Assembly (NCBI RefSeq): GCF_030028105.1
Contig: NC_092379.1
Location: 52,623,821-52,687,820, forward strand
Direction: 5' to 3'
From: Mobula birostris
Taxonomy: Eukaryota
Length of the DNA stretch: 64,000 nucleotides
Below are positions 11,895 through 24,204 of this stretch, one piece after another. The notes beneath the pieces were generated by a model that saw only the letters and a list, made by a program, of their open reading frames with translations, was not told the DNA's origin and did not search any database. How positions within the stretch are numbered: position 1 is the first letter of the stretch; each line of letters opens with the position of its first letter. The translations under genes and the position numbers were made by a program.

Positions 11895-12535
11895 CGTGGT
11901 AGTGGGAAAGCTCAACGGTTATTGTAACACTATCACAGCAGTTAGTGTAACACCATTACAGCGGTTACTGTAACACTATTACAGTGGTTAGTGTAACACC
12001 ATTACAGCAGTTTTCGTGTAACATTATTACAGTGGTTAGTGTAACACTATTACAGCAGATTTTGTGTAACATTATTACACTGGTTAATGTAACACTATTA
12101 CAGTGGTTATTGTAACATTATGACAGCGGTTTTCGTGTAACATTATTACAGTGGTCAGTGTAACACTATTACAGTGGTTAGTGTAACACTATTACAGCGG
12201 TTTTCGTGTAACATTATTACAGTGGTTTTAGTGTAACACTATTACAGTGGTTTACAAGTAACATTATTACAGTGGTTACTGCAACACTATTACAGTGATT
12301 AGAGTAACACCATTACAGCCCATGACTGCGATCGGGTTCAATTCCACCGTTGTCTAAAAGGAGTCTGAACTTTCTCCCCGTGACTCGGTGGCTGTAAACC
12401 AGGTGCTCTGGTTTTCTCTCAAATCTCAAAGATGCACGGGTTAGCAGATTAATCGGTCACACGGGTGTGACTGGGTGGCGCTGGGTCGATGGGCCGGAAG
12501 GGTGTGTTACTGTGCTGTATCTCCAAATAAAATAA
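11895..12535 (+). mobile_element. tRNA-derived V-SINE with its head expanded into a 23-25 bp minisatellite
   Basis: About 17 copies of gttagtgtaacactattacagtg (11918-12320), B box ggttcaattcc (12335-12345), a V-domain-like ggag..ttctccccgtg..ggtgctctggttt segment, and a CR1-type tail ending aaataaaataa. Confidence 0.8.
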
Positions 12536-12834
12536 CAGATGCCTTCTGACGGCTTTTGCCCGGGTGCTGCCTGTGAGAAGAGAGTTGGTGGTGTTACGGG
12601 AAAGACGCCAGCATGGACAGATGGTTGATTGCTGACCAGCAGAAGACAATAAATGTTTTTTCTCTGGCTGGCTGCCAGTGACAAGCCGTTTTCCACAGTC
12701 CTGGGTGTTGGGACCGCTACTTTGCACGTTATATGCCAATGATGTGCATGACAAAATTTTTGGTTTTGTGGCCAAGTTCAGGGATGATACAAAAAATAGG
12801 TGGAGGGGCAGGTAGTGTTGAGGAGGCAGGGAGT

Positions 12835-13271
12835 GCCCGCATTCTGCACTGCACATCAGACCAGCGCTCCTTATATACGGGCACCCAGTACGGAAGAGGG
12901 TGGGTAGCGAGGAGAACCTACGGGTGGGCCTGGCCAAGATGGCCATTCATGGGTGCAGCTGGCAGAAAGTCGAGGATTCCGCCAGGGCCGACTGTCTGCC
13001 CCTTCCAAGGACACGTTCATGACCGGTTGTCCTTGGACAGGGAGCATAAGGTCACAATGGGTACACTGGGGGACTTCCAGGAGTGGTGTCCCCCCGCCGC
13101 CATCCCCAGGGGAATGACTGTTTTACAGACAGTAGTAATCATATTTTAATGTGAATTTATTCACCATCTTGTCAGCATTGAATTTTGAATATTTTTGAAT
13201 TACTGAATTTTTTTTGTATTTGTTGTTTAGGTAAACTTTTATAGTTTTGTAAAACAAAAGAGAGGAAAAGT
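12835..13271 (+). mobile_element. Tx1-like (L1 clade) LINE 3' fragment
   Basis: Reads GLAKMAIHG...ARADCLP...VSLDREH. It has an A-rich tail and TSD agggagt (12828-12834, 13272-13278). Confidence 0.7.
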
Positions 13272-13644
13272 AGGGAGTCTGCAAAAGGAGTTGGACGGAT
13301 TAGAAAATGGACGAAGAAGTGGCAGATGGAAAAATGAAAGAAAGTGTATGTTCGAGCACTTTGGTGGAAGGGGTACAAGTGTGGACCATTTTCTAAATGG
13401 GGGCAAAGTATGAAATCGGAGGTGCAAAGTAACTTGGGAGAGCTAGTTCAGCATTCGCTAAAGGTGGCTTGGAGGCTGAGTCAGCCGTAAGGAAGGCCAG
13501 TGTAATGTTAGCATTCCTTCCCTGGGACTAGAATGTAAAGCAAGGATGTAATGCTGAGGATTTTTAAGACATTGGCTAACTGCACTTGAAGTATTGAGGA
13601 CAGTTTTGGGCCCAATATCTAAAAAAAAGGATCTACTGGCATTG

Positions 13645-15660
13645 GGGAGGGGAGAAGAGAGGAGAGAGGGGAAGAGAGAAGGAGGGGGAAGAGAGAGGAG
13701 AGGGGGAGGAGGGGGGGAAGAGAGAGAGGCGGGGAGGATGGGGAGGAGAGTGTGTGGAGGGGGAGGAGAGAGGGGAGGGGAGAGGAGAGTGTGCGGGTGG
13801 TGGTAGGAGTGGAGGTGAGGGGAAAATGAGGGAAGAAGGAGGAGGAGGAAGGGGTTTGTATCTCAGGGACAGGGAAGGATGGGATGGGAGGGGGAGTGAC
13901 CCAGAGTCGGAGTTGAGATACGAAGGGGAAGAGGTGTAAGGGAACAACACCTCGGGCGAGGGAAGCTGCGACAAGAAGACGGGGGGGAGGGCGGGAGTGG
14001 GTGACCAGAGACGTGGGGGAGTTTACGGGGTGACAAAATGTCAAGGGAGTGGAAAGGGAAGCACCGAAGAGACGCTGGGAAGGGTATGAGGGCAAAACGG
14101 GACCCAGAGATGGGAGGGGAACGGAAAACGTGTGCGAGGGGATCAGCCAGTGATGTGAGGTTGGGTGTGGTTCTAATGGGAAGGAGAAGGGACTAAGCCA
14201 GATATAGGAGGAGAGGGAGAGAGAGAAACACTGAGGAGTGGAAGGGGGAAACCCTGAGGTAGGAACTGAGGAGCCAGCGGGGGAACAGGGAAAGGTGCAA
14301 CCCTGAGAAGTGGGGGGGGGGGACCCAAATATGAGGGAGGGTGGGAGGGCTGAAGAAGAAATGGGGGAGGGAACGGGGAAGAGAGAAGTGGAGAGCCAAA
14401 GCAGCGTGCTCGGGGTGAAACTGAGACGTGGGGAGGGGCAGAGCCGAGATGGGGTGGGGTAAAGTGGGCGACCCACAGAAGGGGCAGGGAAGTGGGACGA
14501 GGGCAACAAATGCAGGTATGAGGGTCGACCAACAGGCGGGTGGCGGGGGAGGGGACAATACAAGGACGGAGGGTAGGAGGGGGAAAGGGGTGACCCAGAG
14601 ACGGGGGAGGGGTGACGCGGTGACACGAGAGTTGTGATGTAGAGACGGGGAGGGGACGGGAAAGGGGACGTCGGAGAAATGTGATGAAGGATGGCCCGGA
14701 GATCTGAGGGGAAAATGAGTGTCGCAGAGACGGAGAGAGGGTGGGAGTTGTAACAGAGACAGGAGAATACGGAGAGCGGGGCCGAGCAGGTGGCAACTCA
14801 CGGACGGGGGTGGGGAGGTGGAAGTGCCATCATTGGACGTGGGGGGGGTGGTGCAGATGAGGGCAAGTGAACTGGGGAGGGTGGAAGGGACACCAAGAGG
14901 CGGTGGGCGAGGGATTCAGAGAAAGATGGAGAGGGAAAGGGGGTGACCTAAAGACGGAGGGAGAAGGTAGGAGAGCCAGAGGTGGGTGGGAGGGGTGAAT
15001 GGGTAACGGGACTGCTCAGAAATGGAGGGAAGGAGGGCAACTCAAAGATAGGGAGGTGAGGTGGGGAATGAGTGACCCGGAGATAGGGAGTTGGGAAGAG
15101 AGGGGCAATGAATGACCAGAACATAAGGGGGTGACCTATTGAATCTGGAGGGGTGAGGGGGTAACTTAGAGACCGGGGAGTGGCTGGGATAATAGGGAAA
15201 GGGATAACCCACAGACGGGGTAGAGGGGCAAAGCGGATGATGCGGAGACCCAGGGCTGTGGGGTGAGCGGGGCAACCTGGAGTAGGAGAGCAGTAAACCA
15301 GAGACCAGGGAGGGGAAAGGGGCCGGGTCAGAGAAGTGGGGATGGGGAGGGGGAGGGGGAAGTGGGTAGACCCTCGACAAGACAGAAGGGGGAGTAGGGA
15401 GAGGTGGTGTACAGATGGGAGGTCAGGGGGGTGGGGGGACAGGGAAGGAGCTGGAGGGAAAAGGGGAGAGACAACCCATAGACAAGGGTAGTGCAGAAAG
15501 TGGCGACCAAGAGAAGGAGGTGAGGGTGAGAAAGGGGCGTCCCAGAGATGGGATACAGAGGATGACACAAAGGAGGGGGCAATGTGGAGGCAGAGAAGGT
15601 GAAAGGAGAGATTCCAGATGGACGAGGGGTTTGTTACAAGGGCAGGCGAGAAGGAGACCC
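13645..15660 (+). repeat. G-rich low-complexity tract / degenerate minisatellite
   Basis: A gtgacccagagacgggggagggg-like unit recurs at about 13897, 14001, 14101, 14590, 14943, 15073 and 15206. Confidence 0.85.
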
Positions 15661-15839
15661 GCTGACGAGTGGCGAGGCAGGAAGGGCCGATCCACAGAAG
15701 GGGTGAGAATTCAGATTTTATCCATAGGCATGTTTTCCCGTTTCTGTAACACGGACTGGACTGTTGTCCTGGTGCACAAGTAAATAAAGTTTGAAGGAAG
15801 AGCGAGCGCAAGTTGTCAGAGACCAGGTGATCGGTGAGG

Positions 15840-17900
15840 TCACTTCACCCAGAGCGGTGACCGTTCGGAACCCGTCACTACAGGGACAGACTGAGGGGAG
15901 TGGCAGCGATGGATTGAAGGGGAAGCTGATTGAACAGAGAGAGAGAAAAGAACATCAGTACAGCGTGGTGGGACTGACACCAGCAGGGACCAGAGGGGCA
16001 GAATGGTCTCTCTAATTTAATAGTAAGTATGTTACAGAGTCAGTAAGGATCAGAAACACAATATTTAAAATAAAAATTGATTTATTTACGACAGATCCAC
16101 AATATTTAACTCCAGTCCGATTAAAGGCCAACATCATCAGAACAAACTTCTCCCGTGCCCTGTGATCTGGAGGCGGTGAAGCTCGGCGTTCTCGCTGGGT
16201 TGGGGGCCGGTCTCGCCCGTCTGCGCTGCCCCCTATTGTCCGAAATGTGGAATGACAGCCTGGATCGTGGGCGTGCATTTGTTCCTCTGCAGACAATTGA
16301 GAACAGCTTGCTCTTGCCGACAACATCCACGGATCATAAACTTATAGCACATGTCACTCGGGGACTTCAGCTAAGTATATATCTTTTGTGCGAATATATG
16401 TTTACTTGCTATCTTATATGCGCCTTGTGCTGTTTCTGTTGTTACTGTGTTTTGCACCTTGGCCCCAGAGTAACATTGTTTCATTTGGCTGTATTTGTTG
16501 ATGGTTGAATGATAATTGAACTTGTATAGCTGAACAGTTCTGGACATGTCCCACTGCCCTAGCGGGAGCACACAGTATTTACACGACTGCTCCTGGAGAT
16601 TATCTGCTCACGGTGACCCTGAGGTGATTGACAGTGGTGAACTCAGTATTGGCAATGCCGATGAATGTCGAGGGTAGATGATTAGACTTTCCCGTTGGAG
16701 ATTGTTAATGTGTGGAATTGTTGTGGTCTGAATACTACAGGTCACTTTCTCCCCAAGACAGAGCAGTTTGTTATCTCTGTGCACCCAGACAGAATAGAGG
16801 AAACAATGGCCTCGCTTGGCAGAAGGGTCCAGAACCGGATGGTGCTCAACAAAGGTGATCTGCTGAAGAACCAAGTGTCGCAACGGGTTTGTTTATCCCG
16901 TTCAACTCTAATTGACATTTAAATTCACTGGAAGCTGGATCTAGTCCTTTCTTTTAGTCCTCAGACTCAACCATTCCCATTATCTATCTCGATATGGACA
17001 TCAGCTGATTCGGGACATCGGACCTGATCTCAAAGTTCCCCTCCAGTTGGCAGAAAATCGCTCATCTACTTGTCTGAAAGGTGCAATGCATGAAACTTGC
17101 AGCTATATTTTTGGCCAAGTCCCAGATCGTTAGATTTAGATACCAACATCTGAGCTGAGCCTGCAAGATCCACTGCACCCATTCCCTTTGCCTGCCCTTC
17201 CAAACACACCCTGTGGTCTGTACCCTCAACCCCTCACCAGAGCAAATGGTCTCCCCATCACACACACCCCAGAGGTTGCCCCAGGGCCCCGAACAAATCG
17301 TGGGGCAGCAGGATGGCGACTGTGTCGGGCGCAGAGCCATGGTGTTTCTGGAGCATGTGGCAATTGCCCCTCAGTCAGGGTGCAGGCCCACCTGCTGATG
17401 AAACCCCACCCCTGCCTACTGTCGACCCTCCAGAGCCTCTCGTCCTCTGAGTGCACGCACACTTTTCAGCTCAACCTCGTACTCTCGACACCGGCACACT
17501 CGATCCAGGCGTCACCGAAGGTAAATTCTGAAACGCGGAGACGCCTGGGTAGGAACACCACTGAAAGCGTTTACAAGCACTGGTTCCCCTCTGGCACCCT
17601 AATGGCCCCAATCCAGTCCATATTTTATGGGAACTCAGCAATTAAACACAGCAAGCTTCCTCGACAAATATACTCAACATCAACAGGCGTGGTGTGTGTA
17701 ACTGGCAAAGATAATGTAATTTTTTTTCTCTGTCAGTCAGACTCCAAAGAGCCCGAAACCCTTCAGTGCTGACCCATCTCTGGTTTCTGACCCTCCACTG
17801 AACATCCAAATAATGGTCCCCCACTCTGCTGGCAAGTTTAGAGGACTGCAGAGTGTTCGAGTGACCCAGTTGTGTGAGATGCAGCCTTTAAGCAGTGAAA
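15840..17900 (-). pseudogene. ZNF cassette U2: empty shell with 3' module, intron block and decayed promoter but no finger exon
   Basis: Poly(A) module at 16081 and fossil LINE at 16610-16775. The donor is mutated (17412-17415) and NRF1 has decayed to gtgcacgcac (17451-17460). No C2H2 repeats lie in between. Confidence 0.8.
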
Positions 17901-18399
17901 ATGACCCATGGTGTTGGGAAGAGCAGGGAATGTTAGCAACCGATGTCATTCTTCCTCAGCACAGAGGCACAAAGAACATGACAGACGTAACCACAGTGAG
18001 CTCATCTTCAGTCTGCAGGGAATTTAAGGGAAGCCTCTTCACCCACGGAGTGGTGACCATTTAGAACCCATCACCACAGGGAGAGTGAGAGGTGAACAAC
18101 AGGGATGGATATAAAACAGAAACATTGGCAGGGACCAGTTGGGCTAATCTGACCCCCTACTCCACACTGGGTATGTTGTAGATTCACTAAACACCTGAGA
18201 CAAAGTTTAAAATAGAACTCATTTATTTGTAACAGACCTAGAATATTAAACTGCAGTCTCATAAAAGCTGAATGTCAGAGGAAGAGACTCCTCCCAGGCC
18301 CAGTGACCAGGGTGCAGACTGGCTGTGGTGAGCAGCAGCAATAATTGCAGTTCCACACCAACAGTCACTTCTCAAACTTGCCTCCAGCAGGCAGTTTAT

Positions 18400-19560
18400 T
18401 TACACTTTTTCCCCAGCGTGAACTCGCCGGTGTTTCACAAGGTGGGACGCTTGAGGGAAACCCTTCCCACATTCAGAGCAGGTGAACAGCCTCTCCCCGG
18501 TGTGAATTCGCTGGTGGATCAGCAGATCAGATGACCGGAGGAATTCCTTCCCACACACGGAGCAGATAAACAGTCTCTCCCCACTGTGAACTCGCTGGTG
18601 TGTCTTCAGGTGAGACGACTGGGTAAAAGCCTTCCCACTGTCTGAGCAGGTGAACAGCTTCTCCCTGGAGTGAACTCGCTGGTGTCTCGTCACGTGGGAT
18701 GAGTGAGTGAATCCCTTCCCACACACAGAGCACGTGAACGGTCTCTCTCCCGTGTGAACTCGCTGGTGTACCTGCAGGTGAGATGATTCAGGAAATGCCT
18801 TCCCACAGACTGAGCACCTGAACAGACTCTCCCCAGAATGAAGTCGCTGGTGTTTGATCAGGTAGGACGACCGAGCGAATCGCTGGCCACATTCAGGGCA
18901 AATGAATGGCCTCTCCCCAGTGTGAACTTGCTGGTGTGTCTGCAAGTTGGATGACTGAGTAAACATCTTCCCACACTTTGAGCAGGTGAACGGCCTCTCC
19001 CCAGTGTGAACTCGCTGATGCATCACAAGACGGCATGAGTGAGTGAATCCCTTCCCGCACATGGAACAGGTGAAAGGTTTCTCTCCCTTGTGAACTCACT
19101 GGTGTAACTTCAGCTGAGAGGAAAGAGTGAATCCATTCCCACAGTCTGAGCAGGAGAACGGCTTCTCACCAGAGTGAACTCGCTGGTGTGCCAGTAGGTT
19201 TGATGACCGAGTGAATCCCTTCCCACAGTCCGAGCAGGTGAACGGTCTCTCCCCGGTGTGAACTGACTGGTGTGTCTTTAGGTGGGATGACTGAGTGAAT
19301 CCCTTCCCACAGTGTGAGCAGGTGAATGGTTTCTCCCCAGTGTGAACTCGCCTGTGTGTCAGCAAGTCAAATGACCGAATGAATCTCTTCCCACACATGG
19401 AGCACATAAACGGCCTCTCGCCAGTGTGAACTCGCTCGTGTGTCAGCAGATCAGCTGACCGAATGAATCTCTTCCCACACACGGAGCAGATAAACGGTCT
19501 CTCCCCAGCGTGAACTTGCTGGTGTGTCATCATGTGGGATGAATTAGTGAATCGCTTCAC
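18400..19560 (-). pseudogene. C2H2 ZNF U3 (13 fingers) split by one in-frame TGA at 19096-19098
   Basis: ORFs 19096..19560 and 18400..19062 are in frame, separated by [14 protein letters not shown]. The acceptor (19803), donor (21285) and promoter are intact. Confidence 0.85.
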
Positions 19561-20409
19561 AACAGTTCAATGGTCTCTCACTCTTGTGAACTCACTGCGT
19601 GTCTGCGAGTGGGCTGACTGTGTAAATCTCGTCCCACGCAGTCGATGATGAGATACATCTTCATCTCGAAGGATCTACAAATGATATATTGGCGTCACGA
19701 AGGAAATATCCGGTTACTCCTTAAATGTCCGGTCAGACACAGCAGAACTGATGAGCTGTTGTGTTTGAGATTCCTGTACACAAATCCTTTGCTGTTTCCA
19801 ACCTGTAAAAAGATTTACAAAAGACTTCATTGGGTGAAGGAGAGCATTTTAGATGAGATAATTTTAGTGTCTGTGGTGAGATCTGACATCACACTGTCAG
19901 CGTGAGGTTCAACACCAGTTGGACGAAAATCTCATCTTCTAACTGGGTTTGGATCAGGTGGCCAGACTGATCATTGAATTCTTAGACGGTTTTTCTGTCT
20001 ATATCAGGACTGGCCATCTCTGACCGTCTGATATCAGCTCTCTCTCCTTCAGTACTAATACAAGGTCTACTCATGTCGCACAGCATGACCAAGGTCACAT
20101 GATATTACATTCCTGGTCGTGGAGACGTCCTAATTACTCCGACCCCTCCCCACCAGGTGATTGACGGTGGAGAAACTCATCAATAGTAACACCAATTAAT
20201 ATGGGGGGGGGGGTAAACTTTCTTATTGGAGACTGCTGATGTGTAGCATTTTGTGATGGGAAAGTTACAGGTCATTTGTTACCCGGCACAAAGGTATTTG
20301 ATGTCACGATGCACCCAGAGAGAATGGGGCAAAACATGTTCGCAGGGATAGGTAGGTCCAGAACAAGAGGAGGCTGGGCAAATGTTATTTTCTAAAAAAG
20401 CCAGAGCAG

Positions 20410-20920
20410 ACACGACGATTTTTGTTTTTTAATGCAGCATTAAATGACATTTTAACTGACTGGACGGTAGATCCAGGAGCCTTTTTTAGACCTCAGTCTC
20501 ACTGAAACACGTTAACTAACAAGGTTTTGGATATCAAGTGATTCTGGACATCAGACCTAACAACAATGTTTCAATTCATGCATAAAATTGCTAATAAATT
20601 CTCTGATGCGAAGATTTTGTTTTTTAATGCAGCATTTAACGACATTTTAAGTGACTGGACGGTAGACCCAGGAACCTTTTATTAGACCTCAGTCTCATAA
20701 AAACATGCTAACTAACAAGACCTGGACATCAAGTGTTTCAATTCATGCATACAATTGCTAATTACATTCTCTGATGCAAAGATTTTGATCTTTAATGCAG
20801 CATTAAATGACATTTTAAGTGACTGGAAGGCAGACCCAATACCTTGATACCAGCTGATTCTGGACATTGGACCTGATTTAATGTTCGTGTTCTGATTCAA
20901 TTCATGCATAAAATCTCTAA
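20410..20920. repeat. Tandem triplication (about 170-195 bp) of an intron-1 block
   Basis: aatgcagcatt.aa.gacattttaa.tgactgga occurs at about 20431, 20626 and 20794, and each is followed by ttcaattcatgcata. Confidence 0.85.
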
Positions 20921-21049
20921 TCCACTTTGTCTGAGAACCGCCTTCGAAGTTCTTCACCCGTGATCAACTCCGAACTTATTTTTGCCCCGAGTTCCAGCTC
21001 CTTGGATTTAGATAGCTAGTGTCTGGGAGATCCAGAAACCCGTTCTTCT

Positions 21050-21445
21050 GCCACGGTCTGAGCAATACGCATGCACCGCAGAAATGATTTCTACACTTTC
21101 TCTCATCTCCCCCGGACTCGGGTTTGGATCGAGGGTCAGAGGGACAGGAGGACCACCGGCACTGTCCGAGGGTTCAGGGCCACAGTGTGTCGGCAGCTCA
21201 CTGCAACTGACCCTCGGTCGGGGTGCGGACGCCGGTGACAATGAAACCCCCGCCCGGAGCCCGGAACCCGGAACCCCGCTCCTACCTGCCATCCGTCCTC
21301 CGGAGCCTTTTGTCCACTGAGCGCATGCGCGATGTTCGGGCAGGCCAGACACTTCTGTGCGCCTGCGTACTTGAGTCACTGTCGACTGAGATTGCTGAAC
21401 CGCGGCGATTTCAGTGACAACGCCGACTTCCCTCCGCCGCATCCC
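21050..21445 (-). promoter_or_regulatory. CpG promoter and exon 1 of U3
   Basis: Perfect GCGCATGCGC at 21321-21330, a second site at about 21359-21369, and a donor at 21285/21286. Confidence 0.8.
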
Positions 21446-21899
21446 TTAAATGCAGTCAATGAAACCCTAGTGAATCTGTCTGCAGAACGCCATGCAGGAA
21501 GTTCAAGGTCTCTTCGCCCACAGGGTGGTGACTATTTGAAACCCCTCATCACAGTGAGAGCGTGAAGTGAACAGCATGGATGGATTTAATAGGACCGATG
21601 TGGAACAGAAACATTGCCAGGGACCAGATGGGCTGAGTGGCCTCTCTACTGTACATTGGGTGTGTGACAGAGACATTAAGAACCCGAGACACAGGATTTA
21701 AAATATAACCTTTATTTGTCACGATCCAGAAAATGGAATACCAGTCTAACTTAAGGCTAACAGCAGCAGAACAAACCCCTCCAATGCTCAGAGATCAGGG
21801 TACAGCTCTGGGTGTGGCGAGCAGACACACTATCTGCAGAATCTGACATTAACTGTCCCTCATGAGCTTGCAACTTGATTAACATACAGCTTGCCTGAA

Positions 21900-22760
21900 C
21901 CTTCTCTGATCTGAAGTTGCTGGCGTGTCAGCAGGAGAATGGTTGTGTTAATCTCTTTGCTCCCTACAGACAGAAGTGTGGCTTAATGTGAACTCGCTGG
22001 TGCCTCGCAAGTTGGGTAGACTTAATGAATCCCTTCCCACATTCAGAGTGAACTGCCTCTCCCCAGTGTGAATTCACTGGAGAGTCTGTGGGCGAGATGA
22101 CTGAGTAAGTCCCTACTCATTGTCTGAGCAGGTGAAAGGTGTCTCTCCCATCCAAACTACCTGGAGTGTCTGTTGCTGGAATCACCGAGTGAATCCCTTC
22201 CCACACATGGAACAGGTGAATGACCTCTCCTCGGTGTTCCATAGGTGGGATGACCAAGTGAATTTCTTCCCATATTCAGAACAGGAGAATGGTTTCACCC
22301 AGTCTGGACTCACAGGAGTGCCTGCAGATAAGATGACCAATTCAATTCCTTCCTACAGTCGGAGCACATGAATGGTGTCTCCCGAGTGAAGTTGCTGGAG
22401 TCTCATCACGTAAGATGACTGAGTAAATCCTGTCCCACACACGGAATAGTTGAACAATCTCGCTCCCCTGTGAACTCGCTAGTGTGTCAGTACATGGGAT
22501 GTCCAAACGAATCTTCTCACACACAGAGCAGATGAACAGACCCTCACTGGTGTGAATTTGCTGATGGATCTTCAGGCTGGATGACTGCATTAATCCTCTC
22601 ACGTACACGAAGCAGGTGAACAGCCTCCCCTCAGTGTAGACACACGTATGTGACTGCAGGTCCGCTGAGTAGAGAATCCCTTCTCACACTGAGAGCAGGT
22701 GAATGATATCTCCCTGCTGTCAAATCTTTGGCAATTCATCAAGTCACATGTCAGCTATAG
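21900..22760 (-). pseudogene. Heavily decayed C2H2 ZNF array U4 (closest to U5)
   Basis: Finger remnants with many stops and frameshifts; QSSSLKIHQ matches U5 finger 3. The acceptor at about 23220 is degenerate and the promoter is cut by a Rex1 insertion at about 24205. Confidence 0.85.
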
Positions 22761-24204
22761 TAATTCCTGCAGAAGGGCAATGTAGTCGAAGAACTAATCT
22801 CCACTGAAATAAATGCTGATATGTTCTCAGGACATCGGCTCCAGTCTGACCCGGCTTCACTGAGTTAAAATGGAATACTGCATTTCAGACACAAAACAGA
22901 TGTGTTTCCAGCTGGACTGAGATACATCTTCTGCAAGGATTGACAACTGATATACTGATCTTCAAAAGAAAATATCTGCTCATTCCTTCAATAACTTGAA
23001 GACGATTTACAAGGTGTGTCTCTAGGTGGGTTCACCCAAATCTCGGCCCTACACTGAAGTGTTCGGATTCTCCTCGCGGTGACCGCTGTGCTGTCTTCTC
23101 AATCATCTCCCCCTCCACATCATTGGTTGATGAAATCTGAGTGTGGTGAACCAACTGTTACAGCAGAACTCATATGTTGTGGTTGAGATTCCCATCCGCA
23201 ATTCCTTTGCATTTTCTACTCGGCAAAAAGCATCAATGTCTGAAGAACACATTTGCGTTGAGACACTTTCGTGGTGAGCTCTGACAGCACACTATTCAAC
23301 CCAAGTTGGAGCACTGATTCATCTTCTAACGTGGGCACGGATTAGGCACCTGCACTTACCACGAGATTCCCTGACTGTCCTTCTGTACGCATCAGAGTAG
23401 ATCACTTCTGCCTGTCATCAATCTGTGATGTCCAGTTTGTCAGAGAAACTCACTTTGTCTCTCTTCACGTGTACAATTTCACGTTGTGACCATGCCCCGC
23501 AGCACTACGAGGGGCACATAGCTGAGTGACGTCCCCTTCACCTCCTAGGTGATTGACATTGTTGCCAATGAATACCAAGGGAAGTGGTTAGACTTTCTCA
23601 TCGGAGATTGTCAATCTGAGGCCCTTTTATGATGTAACTGTACGGGCCACTTATTTCCTCAGGCCAAGGTGTTTCATGTCAACCCAGAGAGAATCGGACA
23701 AATCATCTTCTCATGCATAGAAAGATGCAGAAGCAGAGGAGGCTGAACAAAGGTGATTTCCTAAAGAGCCAAAGCTGATGCAAGGATCTTGTGTTTTTTT
23801 AAATGCAGCATTAAATGACATTTTAAGTGACTGGAAGGCAGACCCAGTACCAACCGATTCTGGACATTGGACCTGATTTTAATGTTCGTGTTCTGATTCA
23901 ATTCATGCATAAAATCTCCAATCCACTTTGTCTGAAAGCCACCTATGAAGTTCTTCACCCGTGATCAACTCAGAATCATATTTTTGTCCCGAGTTCCAGC
24001 TACCTGGATTTAGATAGCTAGTGTCTGGGAAATCCAGAAACCCGTTCATCCGCCACGGTCCGAGCAAAATGCTTGTGCCTTGGAAATGGCGCCATTACTT
24101 TCACTGGTTAGCACAAATCTCCCCCGGGTGGACAGAGGGAGAGACAATGACCAGGACTGTCTGAGGGTGTGTTCCAAAGCTCCCAGCAATTGACCTTCAG
24201 ACCT

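Larger units (their letters stand above)
11695..13648 (+). mobile_element. Fragmented CR1 LINE hosting a V-SINE and a Tx1 fragment
   Basis: CR1 RT segments (gttagcctgacttcagtggttggg, cagcatggtttc, SCLTNL-like, gtgttgggaccgctac) resume on both sides of each insert. Confidence 0.8.

Noticed and set aside
10473-15811. Long Pro/Ser/Leu/His-rich ORFs (406, 335, 287, 207 aa)
   Set aside because: They are by-products of C/T-rich low-complexity minus-strand DNA that lacks stop codons, with no domain features.
19096-19098. Selenocysteine or programmed readthrough at the in-frame TGA
   Set aside because: The position is an Arg (CGA) site rather than Cys, and I recognise no SECIS. A CpG transition is the simpler explanation.
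20410-20920. Intronic snoRNA or miRNA cluster in the repeated intron block
   Set aside because: I found no consistent C/D or H/ACA boxes or terminal stems across copies. Local duplication or conversion explains the similarity; an Rfam scan would settle it.
19730-21326. Spliced uORF starting at the ATG inside the NRF1 palindrome (U3 MRSVDKRLRRTDGR-LETAKDLC..QFCCV; U5 MRPVDNRLPRIGSR-KPKRKDLC..QFCC)
   Set aside because: The equivalent frame has early stops in U1 and U6, and the ATG may lie upstream of the TSS. The similarity is explained by nucleotide homology.
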